DNA of 64,000 nucleotides from Lingula anatina. Taxonomy: Eukaryota > Animalia > Brachiopoda. Positions 12,044 through 25,000 of the stretch are shown piece by piece. The notes beneath the pieces were generated by a model. It had not been told where the DNA came from. It did no database searches and saw nothing but the letters and a program-made list of their open reading frames with translations. Within the stretch, counting starts at the first letter, position 1; the number at the start of each line of letters is the position of its first letter. Location: positions 9,114,001-9,178,000 of the forward strand of contig CM120643.1 of NCBI GenBank assembly GCA_051362555.1, read 5' to 3'. The position numbers and the translations under genes were made by a program.

Positions 12044-14180
12044 CCATCTGCTGTGGTGACAAATTCAAACACATCAGAATACTGCGCAATCATTCGTTTA
12101 ATGAGGTCCAACTGCTCCAGGGCTTTCACTGTGGCGTCCTTGAACTGGGATTCACACGACGCAAATGACACCCAAAACTAAGGGGAAAACTGACAAGTTA
12201 ATGAAGCCATGGCAACAAACTTGTTTTTATTGCCTCCTTGATCTAAGCTGATGTAAAAACTAGGATATGCCACAAGGATAAGCGCCTCATTAATTGCAGC
12301 AGGTGCGACATCACGCCTGCAGTTTGCATGTGGATCAGATAACATTCCTTAATGTATTAAGAACATTAATTCACATATATGCTTTGTACGTGTGTGCGTG
12401 TGATCTAGCAGGAACTTATAAGTTGGAGAAAACAGATGGTACATTTAACACAGAAAATATCATTAATGCTACTATTGATGAGTTAAATGAATATAATGCA
12501 TTTCACTAAAAAAGGAAACAGAAAACGTTTATCTACTTCACCTGTGCGCCAAGGCGTCCCTTCTTTATTCTGGGTATGTCTGTTTGACTGGGATGGAACT
12601 TCGCCCTATATCTCAGCACCTTTCTCAAGTCTTGGCTCATATTTAAGCGTGCCAAGCTTCCATTGATAGCGGTGTCTAGCCGTATATGCCACGGGAAATC
12701 ATTATGACTGAAACAGTACATATACAATTCAAAATCATTGATTGAAAAAGCGTTCAGGACGCGTGCGGAAATGAGTGATCTTTTTTTCACTGGCAGGTCC
12801 ATTTTCAGACAAGGGAGGTTCGCTCATTTCGCTCGGTATACATGTATTTGCATGCATGAAATATCAGACAAGGGCAAAATCACTATATAATCTAGGAACG
12901 TGGATGGAATATTTGGTTGATTTTTCTTGATTTGCTGGTTATACTTTTTTGAGAAATAGATGTACTGTCGAAGCAGGGGAGAGAGGGGGATTGCGCGGAG
13001 GCTGTGCGCCCTCTGCCAACGATTTGTGAGACGCAAACAATCATTTAAACCCAATTGTAACCGACAGCATATGATCTTAAAACGTTGCCACATGTAACTC
13101 AGATAATTCTAGACGACGAGGCATTTAGTGATTTTGAACAAACAAACACGGTCAAACACGCACACCCACTCACAGAAAATGCAACATATGTAATTGAAAG
13201 GAGACGATCCAATCAGATAGTATTTGAATGAAATTATATAAAGTTTTCACACCCCGTGCCGGCTGATATTACAATATCAAACAAAAATACAAGGTCACGT
13301 AGGCGTACGTCAGACCGATTTGTTCCAGTAACTTTTTGCAATCAAACAATTTAAAGTCACTGACCCAATCCCCTCTAGAACCAGCTATCAATTACCCATC
13401 AACTAGTGGCACTCTATCCAGTATATCATTGACCGTCTGCATGCGAGCCTCTCTCGTGGTCCGAGTAGGCACCAGAGTCACTGCCAGAGAGACAGAAATA
13501 ACTATAACCAGAATAACTGAAAGAGAAAATGTGCCAGAATTAGAGAAAACGCAGAGATAAATTAACGATCCAACGTATTTCACATGCAGGCGGTTGTAAT
13601 CTTTGTTTGAAATCCTTTAAATTCAAAAACCTTTACGTCTGTATGAATAGAAACATTTGATCATATATACAGTATATAAAGGTATGAAACGAGTAATCAG
13701 CTTTTTATTCGACAAAGGTTTTCCATCTGCGACATTGATACAAAGAGGTGTCATATAAAAACAAATGATTTATGATAAGAATATAGCTTTATGAAGAAAA
13801 ACATTTTCGGCCTGCTCTTTTATCTATGATCACAGACTGTTCCAATTATACAGGAAAATTGACGTCGGTGACAATTTTTGCTGATTTGGTGAACGAGTTT
13901 TTTTAATGCATTAAACCTCCATTACATTTGCCACCGCCGCCGTGAGATGAAATTCTCATACAGATTGCTGAGCCATTTTTTGACATCGTAAATGGCCTCC
14001 GCATAGAGGCAGTACGAAAAGAGATTGACGGAAAGTAGGCCTATACATGTAAGGTTATAGCATGGCAAATGTAATGTAATGTAGGCTTAAGAAAACACAA
14101 TTACCTGCCACAACCAAGGCGACCTGAATCTTTCTGTTGAGCACTCTAGGTTTCTTCTGTTTGTCGTACTTTTCATACAT
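5290..14180 (-). CDS. DPEP: membrane (renal-type) dipeptidase, peptidase family M19, with type II N-terminal anchor
   Basis: 11 in-frame exons (plus coordinates, in transcript order): 14105-14180, 13396-13516, 12542-12707, 12045-12177, 11356-11506, 8250-8316, 7524-7700, 7004-7121, 6607-6682, 6122-6257, 5290-5394, all GT-AG. Motifs: [114 protein letters not shown]. The metal ligands are intact. Confidence 0.95.
7824..8149. mobile_element. MITE in dipeptidase intron
   Basis: TIR gaggttcccattg / caatgggaccttc, flanked by TATAAA on both sides (6-bp duplication); internal cacgg(g)aataa subrepeats. Confidence 0.65.
8728..11394 (-). repeat. tandem array of 34 units (33 extra copies plus the true exon end): 38-nt dipeptidase exon end + GTGAG donor + (TAA)n spacer
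   Basis: Constant core ctcaccacggtgtattacagttccaggtgagggtcatataacgc (reverse complement encodes [13 protein letters not shown]|gtgag), separated by variable tattattatt tracts; unit about 69-87 bp. Confidence 0.95.
11535..11853. mobile_element. Kolobok-like MITE (TTAA target), copy 1
   Basis: ttaa|agggataacaactgttcgt ... atttatccct|(t)ttaa; similar termini and internal sequence to 33145-33483. Confidence 0.6.
11886..12039. repeat. (TG)n and (GA)n microsatellites
   Basis: tgtgtg runs at ~11890-11950 and an agagag run at 12003-12039. Confidence 0.9.
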
Positions 14181-14417
14181 TGTAACTTTGCTTGAGATTT
14201 CTATGAATAACAATAAAGCGCAAAATGAGGAGACTCCAACATTTGACTTTTCATAATCCACGTAATTCGATTCTCTCTTTAACTCATAGGTAAAAGTAAT
14301 ATAGCATGGTTCGGTTCCACTATGGGACCGTTGGGGGAGGGGGGTGCTTACGCCTTCACCAAGCATTCGTTGAATGTCAAACAAGCTGGTAAGGATAATT
14401 TAGGATCATGGCTCACA

Positions 14418-14453
<36 letters not shown>

Positions 14454-15660
14454 AATTAATAAAATAATAAATAATTAAATAAATAAATAAAAACAATGAA
14501 CAGAGAAATCAAAGGAACATGTGGTTTTAATAGACTAAATATACCAGAAATATACTGCTTTTGTGGCTCTTGTTTACCCTCTGCTGTATGCTTGGGCGGC
14601 TATTTTGATTTTTTCAATAAAAGTTACTTGCTAGAATGGAGTAATTTATACTACTGTGTTCTCCCAACAGGGAATACACTGTACACTTGTGCCCAAAATA
14701 AAGGATATTTGTTGACTTATGGCTGTTTTTCTATTTTCCTTACAAATTGGCGGTCATATTGAAAATGCCCAATGTGTCGGAAGTAGCAACCAAGCTAATT
14801 TTACTTCTCTAGCCATGAGGAATGCATTTCTGTAAAAAAAATGTTCAGGACTGAACATTGCAGGATTCGACTATTGGGCTTATGGGAGTGGCAACTCTAC
14901 TATAATGCTATTGCTGTAATGATTTAAACTATGACATTATTCTTAATATTTCGACAATTTTTCTTCTATTTTTATTAAATTAAAAAAACAACTTATATTC
15001 GAGACAACATTGATCGCGGCAATCACGGACAGTTACGAGAAGAAATATGTAATTGTGATCATGAGATTCAATGGTAATAGACTATATATTAAAATTTTAA
15101 TATATATTAAAATATTTCAGTATATCTAGATTTCAAAATCTGACATACGCTTTTCTGGCTAAATCCATTAAAAGGATATGCTATCAAAATATCCTTAGAT
15201 CTACTGTATATAAACAGTCTCACAAAAATCACCAAGGAAAAAAAAAGCCTCACGACAAAGGTACGGTTTTAGTCACATGTGACGTAGTAATATTAAATTG
15301 TGAAAGCGGAAGTGATTTTAAGCACAATCTGACTGGTATTTAAATATACCTTTGGTTATGTGAGTTTGTTACTCACAATTACATGTGATTTTCTGATTTT
15401 GGGGATTTACTTTGCTCATCTTTGTTGATATATTTAACGAAATGACTCAATTCACGTAACGTTCTATTTTTGTTGTCTACTGTAAAATCACCCACTCAAT
15501 AAAAAACCCACAAGGGCTCTAGTATATTAAAAAGATGCTGAGTCAGGCAAAATACCATATGGCGTCATTCGTTTTTTTTTTACGTCGATCATCAATATTC
15601 TAGAAGTGAAAGTAAAATTCATGGAATTTAACTTTTAGAAAGCAAAATTCCGACATACAG

Positions 15661-15904
15661 CAGTGTCGGATTTAGAGGGAGGGGTCAGGGGGTCCTGACC
15701 CCCGCCCCCCCCCCCCTCCGGTTTCTGAAAAAAGTCACATTAATATTCCCCTCTTGCAAACAGAATTTTGACTAGCTGATTTGTAGCACAAAACCGTTCC
15801 ATATAGCTACGTTCGCCCTCTAAAATAGCAAAAACGGGTGGGGGGTGGGGGGTCGGCTTCGCATCTGCGGACCGCCCCCTTCAAATAATCCGGGTCTGCC
15901 CCTG
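15661..15904. mobile_element. non-autonomous DNA transposon (MITE) with 5-bp target duplication; same family as 63024-63281
   Basis: tacag|cagtgtcggattt ... ggtctgcccctg|tacag; shares ggtcagggggtcctg, tttctgaaaaaa and ttcgcatctgcggacc with 63024-63281. Confidence 0.75.
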
Positions 15905-18900
15905 TACAGTGTACACTTGTATGAAGCAGTCAAATGGAGATTGATCGCAGGTTGAAAGAGACTATACGCAAACTTTTCTTCTATACAATTAAATAGAAAT
16001 CTTTAATCTGGTTGTCTAAATATGATATCTTCCTTCAGTTTTTCTCAATCTGGCTAAAGTCAAATAGACCAAGTTGTCAAAAAATAAATGAATAAACATA
16101 TTTCTCATTAAAAATCTTCAAGCAATTGAATTAAAAGCCTCGCGAGATAAAAATTGACTTCTCTTTCATACTCATCCATACAGTCTTTTAACAGAGGAAT
16201 GCTATTTTTTTGGTATTCTATTCTAAGCGTTCATTATAAACCTCATATGCCACAGTTAAATTGTGTATGACATTGTAGGGCCACAATTATCTTTACAAAC
16301 CTGCCCAATTCGCGTTGAATTGCTCAAAGCGGAATATAAATATATTGATCGAAGTGTCTTGCTCTGTGTGTAAAAAAATGCGACTGATATAAATTTCGAC
16401 TGGAATATCAACAAAGTCTTCTGTCTGTTTTTCAGCTTTCATAAAAAATTATTTAGAATGTAACAGCATACATTTTGAGACTAATAATATCCAATGAAAC
16501 TCCTTTGGGTAAGGGCGTAATAAACTTTTAAAAGAAAGTTTACTTTGTGCATGAACCCTTCACCTTTAATCAAGATAATATCAGATTCCATAATATGAAT
16601 AGTGTCTATCTTGAGGCAAGATAGCACGTTTAAAAATGGTTAATTTCGTATGGGTAATCAAATCAATTACTTAACATAGGAAAAGGCTCCTAAGTCTAAA
16701 ACAGTTAAAAGTTCTACACTAGTAGTTCGATCATGGGCTCGAACCAGGCTTTAGAAACCCCTATATTCAGTAATCAAGTACAATTTTTGTAGCTATGTCG
16801 GATTCAAGTGAAATCGGTGAGATGCTTAAATCCCCCCCGAGGTACTCGTATAGTTCTGCGTTTGCATACTCAAAACCCTAATAGGCCCCAGAGGAGCATG
16901 CGCACAAACTTCTCGTCTGCGTTTTTCCATGAAATGATTCAATTACAGACGCATTGGAAGACGATACACGTAAACTGAGTCACTGCATATAGCGACAAAA
17001 ACATGTATCCTTACCGGGCTTAAAGGCACGCTTGTAACCGTCTGGTCCTCTAAACATCTGTGTCCCACTATCAACGCTGAGGTGGAAGTGTGATTAGTGC
17101 TTCTATCTGCCGGTCCTCAGAAAGTGAAGGATGATCCCGCAGCGTCTGAGAACGTCCCTCTTTCCAGTGTTGGCTTAAAGAGCCGACGATCGATGTGCAG
17201 TTGGACGATAGCAGAAGTGAGACAGTTATGCAGCTCCGCCAGATGTAACAACTTTGTGTGGTAATCGATTTACTGCGGAGTGTCATTTGGGGGCAAGGCT
17301 GCGCAGGTTTGACCTAGCTGCGACCGTGTTTACTTTATAAGCAGGTACATTCGTGTACTGTGCACAAATGAACGGTTTTTGTGCTGTCAAAAACAGGACG
17401 AGTTCAACGCAGTAGACTGAGGTGCGATAAAGAACCGCGGAGCCCGCATCAATAGTGGGATCGTAAAAGAAAGACTGTAATAAAGGGATCGTGAAGGGCC
17501 CGTTAAAACCAAATGGTATCGCAAGAGCATTTTGCTTTTTAAGCTGACTGAAACGAAAGTTTGGAATTTGTATGAGACTGTATATTTATTGATTCTCTTG
17601 TTTCCCCGTGGATTAACAGCAAAAGCCTGCATCTTTTGGTAAAAAGCAATTACATCCTGATTCATAGGAATTTTCCGCTTTCTATAAAGGTAAGTCAGCA
17701 GTCAACGTCTCCAGAATAAAAAAAAATGCGTTTATGAGTTTGAAAAATTCGCTGTAAACAATAAATATTACAACTGTAAACTAGTAATGGATTTAGACTG
17801 AAAATAAATGAATAATTATTAAATCAGTCCAATTTATACTTCGCCCCATATGAGCCCCAGTCGGGTGTACCATAAGGATACAGGTTCACTTTTGAGAAAA
17901 TGAAAGTAAAAAAGAATGTCTTTACCTATATAATGAGAGATATTAGAGGGCTACTGGTGATACTGGAAATGTTTTCTTAAAGAATGTATATTGGACAATA
18001 TCATTATGTACAGTATACCATACATCGGTATAATATAATAATATAATACTGTGTGTGCTTATATATTTCCAAGTGAAAATCAGCTAAATATGCCACAGAT
18101 CTACCTTTGCGATATTCTCCTGCCGACAAAATGGATCCTTAATTGCCGTGTTTTTTTTTTTAATTAAAAGATATAACAATAGAAGCTTAATTGTTAGTTT
18201 ATATATCCAAAATCGAGAAAGAAAGAATCATCCAAGAGGCATCACCGTGTCGCATACCTATAAATGTTGTGAAATTATCAGTTATATTTCATTTAAAAAT
18301 AGCCATGTTCAAAACTTATTTGAACCTGAAATACATGCCTCGTGTAAAAAGTTCCACAGAGACGGGTAGGATTGTGGTTCATGAAGAAAGTAAAATTTCC
18401 TGATGATTTTATTCTTAACAAGGTAAAAAGCATATTCATGTTTGTATTTATTTTGTATACATGTTTTCTTACGTGAATATCTGTACTAGCACAGTTCACA
18501 CCACTATTGGTGAAGGTGTGGCATCGCTCAGGATGTTACTTTCTCCACAAGTACAGTTGCAGATATATGGCTGATAAAATTGTAGGTAGGGGTCCTCCTT
18601 TACTCACTACAGCAGGCTTCTCTAACTGGTTCAAAATCCTTTGACGGACAATTTTGTAACAGGTAAAAAAGACTCCAGAAGAGAATAAGTCAGCCTCTCG
18701 TACTGTCTAACCCCAAAATGTGTTTTAATTCAACCAAAGCCATTTATGAAATCTTGAAATAAAACTGGTTTTTTATTCTCAATTTAAGGTTTTAATAATT
18801 CTACAATGGGTCATAATTTGAAGGTTGTAATTTATGTCTAATTTTATTTTTTATTAATTGCAATATGATTGTAACTTTAATGGGTTAGATGTTGGTAAAT

Positions 18901-20827
18901 TTAAACCGAACGATGGTATTTCATTGTCCTGATGACATGTATCCGTACAATGTAAGTGTTGTGGCTTTTATTCACGTAGAAAATTGAATAATATTAGGCC
19001 ACTGTGTGTTTAAAAAATCAATTGGCGATCACGCGATGTGACTCTTAAACATAAGGTAATTAATTTGTAATCTCGTGATTATTCTTCCAAGGTATGAGCT
19101 ACTCCCACTCTTTCAGTTATACATGTAGTCATAGATTTATCATAAGTTTTAAGTTATATTGAGTAGTGGCACCAGCTGTTTTATTTTTCATTCTCATATA
19201 CAGGTATAATGTCTATTTTCATTAATCATATAATATAGTCAGTAAGAATATCTCTTCGTCTACCAATTAGGGATATTAATTCACCATGATTTTCACAGAG
19301 CTTACACTCTAAATTATCGGAATCTGTTGAAAACCCAGAGAATATATCATTGTTTCACTTTCAAGTGTCAACAGCCCCTACATAGTTTAGTTTCTATAAC
19401 AGTGATAGAAATACAACGTAACGCGTTGTTACTGACTTGCTGTATCGATTGACCTGAAAACTAATGGTGCTTTATATTGTCATATTAACTCCCGCGTCGG
19501 CTCCTTTTCTACATGAGTTAAGCACGTGCACATTGCTTGAATCAGATGGACTCATTTCTGTCCTGTTTTTTTTAATAGGTGGACTGGTTGTTAATATTTA
19601 CTTGATAGCACTGAAATATCAATAATTGTGAACTCTTTACCTACATTTGTACATGGCCCTATGCATATTACAGACTGTTTACGTGAGTGCTATTTTATTT
19701 GTCATATTGGCTCAATTCATTTAATTTGTTTTTACTGAACCATCTCATTGTGCTTCTTTTCAGTTTCAATTTCTTTTTTTGCATATTTTATAGCTTCCAA
19801 AGACCTGATAGATACTAATAACTGTTAATGGGAGCAATAACTTAAATTGCTTCAATTTTTATTCAAAAAAATTCAATAGAACTGTACAGTTAGTGTTAAC
19901 TGTGTATGAACATATACGGGATAAATAACAATCAGACCTTTTCCATAAAATCTGGTAAACAAATTAAAGCATTTCTTAAATTGAACTTAGAAACTTCTGG
20001 CATCTCTTCATTATAATGTTGTTGCAAGAGTGAGTTGTGCTACCTTGTGATGAAATCAGACAATACGTGTAGAGTACGTAACCTAGTGATGCTGGCGACA
20101 CGCATATTGAATTTCGCAGCAAGTTGTATCTAAATCATGGAATTGAGAGACCATCCCAATGCAGTGCCAACATGTTTTTTTTTTATACAAACGTAAAGCA
20201 GTTCAAAGCAGTGCGGGACAACCACCCAGTTCTCCATATTTTATACCAAAATGAGGAACCAAGAAGGGAAAGCGTCTTCTGTTATATAATTGTTAAGGAG
20301 CTATTAAAACATCCAAAACGATATGTCACCAGGATGTCACTTCGTGTTTTTGCTTAATTTAAAAATCATGGGGTTCACTTGTCAATTATTATGCAAAACT
20401 GATTTCTGTTAAGGCTAAGCCTTTAGTATTTTTGATTAATCTGTATTGTTGTAGCCCGAACCACTTGTCTCTAGTTGCTGAGGCCTGCTACCGCTTCCAG
20501 CTAACTTGAAATGGTGGCATTAGCTTTAATTTAGTGAAGGTCTCCCACCCGATTCTAATTATTCAGCTGTGTTCATTTGTTGATAGAATCATATGCTCTT
20601 TAATCATAAAATACTTGGCAAGGTTGAAAGAACTGCTGCGGAGCGCGCGCATGCGTGTGTGTCTTGTAGTCCATCAATTTGTCTGCAATCCGTCCGGTGT
20701 GCTTGCCTCATCATTCAGGACATCCTTTAAAACAAAGAAAGAATGAATCCATGCAATAGCCTGCTTTCCGCTGTTTTAAAACCCCAAAGGACTTTTGTTT
20801 GAAAATAGCATATGCTTTATATTACAG

Positions 20828-20933
20828 TGCGCCCTTCTATTAGCCTCACCACAACAGGAATACATGCAGTCTGTGCTTTTCCATGGTGCCGTCGAATCAC
20901 ATTCTGGTCCAATGGCAGGCGTAGAACAAAAAG
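20828..20933 (+). CDS. probable upstream exon of the NB-ARC/WD40 gene
   Basis: ttacag| ... aaag|gtgggt; open frame (CALLLASPQQEYMQSVLFHGAVESHSGPMAGVEQK) ending in phase 1, which matches the phase-1 acceptor at 22020; ATGs at 20864 and 20912. Confidence 0.45.
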
Positions 20934-21369
20934 GTGGGTGCACATAAAAAACAAATGCACAATTGCATGTTAGTTACAGTATCATTTCAACAAAATTATT
21001 GAATTTACCGATACCATGTCTTCCCTAGACCCTGGAATATATATATGTATACCGGTATGTACTAATTTAATACTGCTTAATTTATTTTCTCATTTGCTTT
21101 TGCTAAACTGCATTTTTTATTTTTAATAATCCTCAACGACAATTAACGCAACGCACAACATCCAACATCAATTTATTTCCAATTGCAATGAGTCGATTTG
21201 TTTTTAACTGCGAACAGTTATTTCGACCTTCTGTACGCCTGGATCAGAATTATTAGTTTTGTTCACGTTTGTCTCATTTTAATATTCTGGTACACACATC
21301 GTACTTTAATCGAATTCATTTTGCGATTGTATTGTTTACGCTATTAAAACAAACGCAAATTGCGTCTAA

Positions 21370-21432
21370 AGACAAGTGATTTGTATCAGGCATTAAGTGG
21401 ATAACTGAATGCCTGATATAAATCATTTGTCT
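21370..21432 (+). other. ~63-nt near-perfect hairpin (pre-miRNA-like or mini-MITE)
   Basis: agacaagtgatttgtatcaggcattaagt-ggata-actgaatgcctgatataaatcatttgtct; ~29-bp stem with two G:U pairs on the + strand and one mismatch. Confidence 0.6.
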
Positions 21433-22019
21433 GTACCGTAAGGCTCGTTTCTCCTTCTCACGTGATCTGTGAACTCAGGATGTTGACCCCCATGGTGTAT
21501 TTGATGCCCTAACTCTTGGATTATGCATTTAAACTTCCCCTAATGCTCTCAAAGTGATGTCTATTTGTCGAGAAAAATATGTTGTTATTTTTGGCTATAT
21601 ACTCTAGTTCCATATATGAAAATAAATCTACAAATTCTTTCGTGCGTTTATATTTTTGTTCAGTATACTTTCACGTGACCCCCTCTTACTTTACGTCATC
21701 GTTGTCCTATTAAACGACAATGGCAATAAGTATATCGATACATAATGCACTAATATTTGCTAAACATGCTTTAAAATAGTCGCTTAATGCAACGAATTAG
21801 AGATTTTGTAAATATGTTCAATTTTCTTTCGAAATTCGATCGGCACAGCTTGCTCATGATCAACTGTTGTTATGTGCCCATGCAATGTGTAATGTTGTGA
21901 TCGAATGTCACTGTTTGTAAATGTCACTATCCATGAGACTACAATACGCAGACCTTCGGCATACATACATACATTAATAAACATTCATACAGATATACAT
22001 ACTAGTATTTTCATTTCAG

Positions 22020-25000
22020 AGTATCCATGCCATGGCATTAACCATATGCCGACGGGTTATGTCGCCCGTGACGACCCAGAGAAGAAGGTGCTAGAGATTC
22101 TCGAGAGAGAGAAATCCGTTGGTATTGTGTCCTCCCAAGGTATTCACGGTCCAGGAGGTGTCGGTAAAACGTACCTAGCCCAGGCTGTGGCCTGGAAAAT
22201 GCGCGGCAAAATGGAGGTAGTCTTTGTGGAAGTCGGCACAAACCCCAACATGCTCAGCATAATGAATAGTTCTTTTTACCCTTATCTTGAAAATGGCACT
22301 AAGGGCAATTTCACCGAATTGGAAGATGTTTGGATATGGTTAAGTAAGATTACAAAAAAGAAGAAAGTTCTCATTGTTTTAGATGACGTCTGGTCGGAAA
22401 AAACGACCATTCAGATTCTATGGCAGATGAGAGAGGCCCTATCTGACGGAAGTCAACTTCTATATACAACACGCACGAAAGATCTCTTGCTTAAAGTCAA
22501 AGCGACACCTTATGAGCTAGGGGTGGTTCCTGAAGCGGAGAGATGGGACTTCTTTGTGAACTGCGCGGCCTTGAATTTAGAAGATGAACAAGTAAAAGCC
22601 AACAAAGAACAAATAGGCAAAGCAATTATAGAAAACACAGACGGACTACCTATTATCTTAGACAACTATGCACAGCACCTAAAACAGGGTACAGAGGGGG
22701 TTAGTTTCCAACATCTGCTGAACCAAATTAAAGATGAAGTGACAGGAAGTGAACAGTGGTTAGAGCGTAGTTTCCATGCGTTGAAACCCAGTACAAATTT
22801 CATAGATTGCGATGTGCTCTCATTGCCAAAGTCGAATGATCTTAACCGCGTGCAGCAGTTGTTCTTGTGTCTCGGGGTCTTCAAGGACGATGAGCGTTTT
22901 CGATCATCAGTGCTGGAAACAATATATAAATTATCTGACGAAATCAACGCAAGCGAAGAGGATATCAAGAAAATTGTACACGAAGATCTAAACATCCTCG
23001 CCAATCACTCATTGATCAAATTCATACATGAGCAGAATGGTGATCTGATATACACCATGCACGACATTGTGCGAGAATATGCGTTGAAGAAGGGGGAACA
23101 TACCTTTAGGTACAAGGAATCAGGCCGGTATGAAAGAGAGTTGCACAAGCTGCTGCTTATGGCATTCAGGGCGAAGCTTAATACTGAAGAGGATATCAAG
23201 CATGCGCCATGGTTTGAGACGGATACGAGTCAAAGCTATTTCTATGAAAATGCGGTATACCACTTCCACAAAGCCGGGTTTTCTCATGTCTATATGTCCT
23301 TGCTTACGAACTACGAATGGCTTAGACAAAAACTTCAGGTCTCGCCTGTGGCAAGCATTCTGTCTGACTTCACCATCGTGTCAAAGCATGCGGCAGAAGA
23401 AAGCATCCTTTTTCGGACTTTGTACGACTGTATGAACTTATCCAAAGATGCTTTGGCCATCGATTGTGACCAGCTGGCTTTCCATTTACTAAGTAGGCTA
23501 AAGGGCCACCCATCCCCAGATGTGGAAGAATTCATCAAGCAAATTCCACAAAATCACATGCCTATACTCCCCTTATCATCGTGTTTAGTGCCACCTGGTG
23601 GTGGTAGAAAAGAAGCCTTGAAACACCCGGGTACCGTATTGGGAATGGCCGTGCCAAACGACGGGAGCTGCCTTTACACGGGCTGCAATGATGGGTTTTT
23701 AAGGGTGTACAACTTTGAATCCGGTATCAAACGAAATGTTGGGAGAAGCAAGCATCAGCATTCGCGTTCTGTTTGGGCTGTGGGAGTTGATGCTAATAAT
23801 AGATACCTGGTAACGGCATCGTTAGACCATACTGTTAAAGTCTGGTCAAATCAAGTCACTGATGACCAGGAAAACGCTGAACCATCTTTAAGAAAGCACG
23901 AAGATCAGGTTTACTCATTGGCAATGTTTCCGGATGGCAAACGCTTCGTTACAGGATCCGCAGATGCAACAATTAAGTTCTGGCGGATAAATGACCCAAG
24001 TGAAGATGGGGCTCCCATAACAAAACACCGAGGCACAGTTCGTGGTTTGTGTATATCGCCGGACGGCAAGAAGTTGATATCTGCTTCCGAAGATGGCACG
24101 GTGTGCGTTTGGGATTGCCAGAAACGAACTAAGTATCGTCAATTTAAACGCCCCCTAGTGAACGGAAATGTCGCCGCTAAAGCCCTATGTGTATGTGTTT
24201 CTCGACCAACCGGTGCTTCAATAATCTCTGGTTATGAGGACGGAATAGCGTGCGTGTGGCATGTGGAGAAGAATACATGTCGAGAGACTACGCGGGAACA
24301 TATCAATGAAATATTTGCTGTTGCCTCAAGGTTTTATGAGGATGAAGAAGGAGAGAAGTCGGTTTTCTTTACCGCTGGAGATGACTGGAAAATCCTTATG
24401 TGGGACATAAAGAGCCTGCAAGTTTTAGCAACTGTCCGTGGTCACAGCGGCAGAATACGCACCATCCTCATAACCCCTGACGACAAGTTCATGATTACCT
24501 CGTCAGAGGACCAACATGCCATCAGGTGGGATCTCAGTAAAATTCAGGCAACAACATCAGCCCCACGAGAACAACACCAGCTATATGTAAGCTCCGTTGC
24601 TGTCTCAGATGATGGGAAGGTGGCGGTTACGGGTTCCTTCGATGGAACTCTAAAACTGTGGGATCCAGTGACTGGCAATTTTCAGATGAATTTGGGGAGT
24701 CCTCATGAGGGCAAAGTCACAAAGGTCCTTATTGATGACGATGCCAAGCAACAAGGCCAACTCTTGGTTGTGTCAGCATCAGCAGATCGAAGCATTAAGC
24801 TGTGGCTGGTATGTTTAGAGCAGGAGAGACCTGTCGTTAATTTGCACAGGCACCACCAGCTGAAAGGCCACAAGTTTGCCGTCATGGACGCGTGCTTCAC
24901 CGCAGACAGGGGGCACATCATCTCGGGATCCTCGGGAGGAGAGATACTGAAATGGAACCTAGGTGATGGGACTCACGTTGGAATTGTCATTAGCCCTGCA

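Noticed and set aside
18098-18403. Possible CARD/death-domain exon (YISKIEKERIIQEASPCR) for the STAND gene
   Set aside because: No convincing splice sites or continuous domain could be built; the resemblance is too short to support.
21905-22019. N-terminal 38 aa of the 1580-aa ORF
   Set aside because: Low-complexity catacata intron-like sequence ending in a good acceptor (tttcatttcag); probably intronic.
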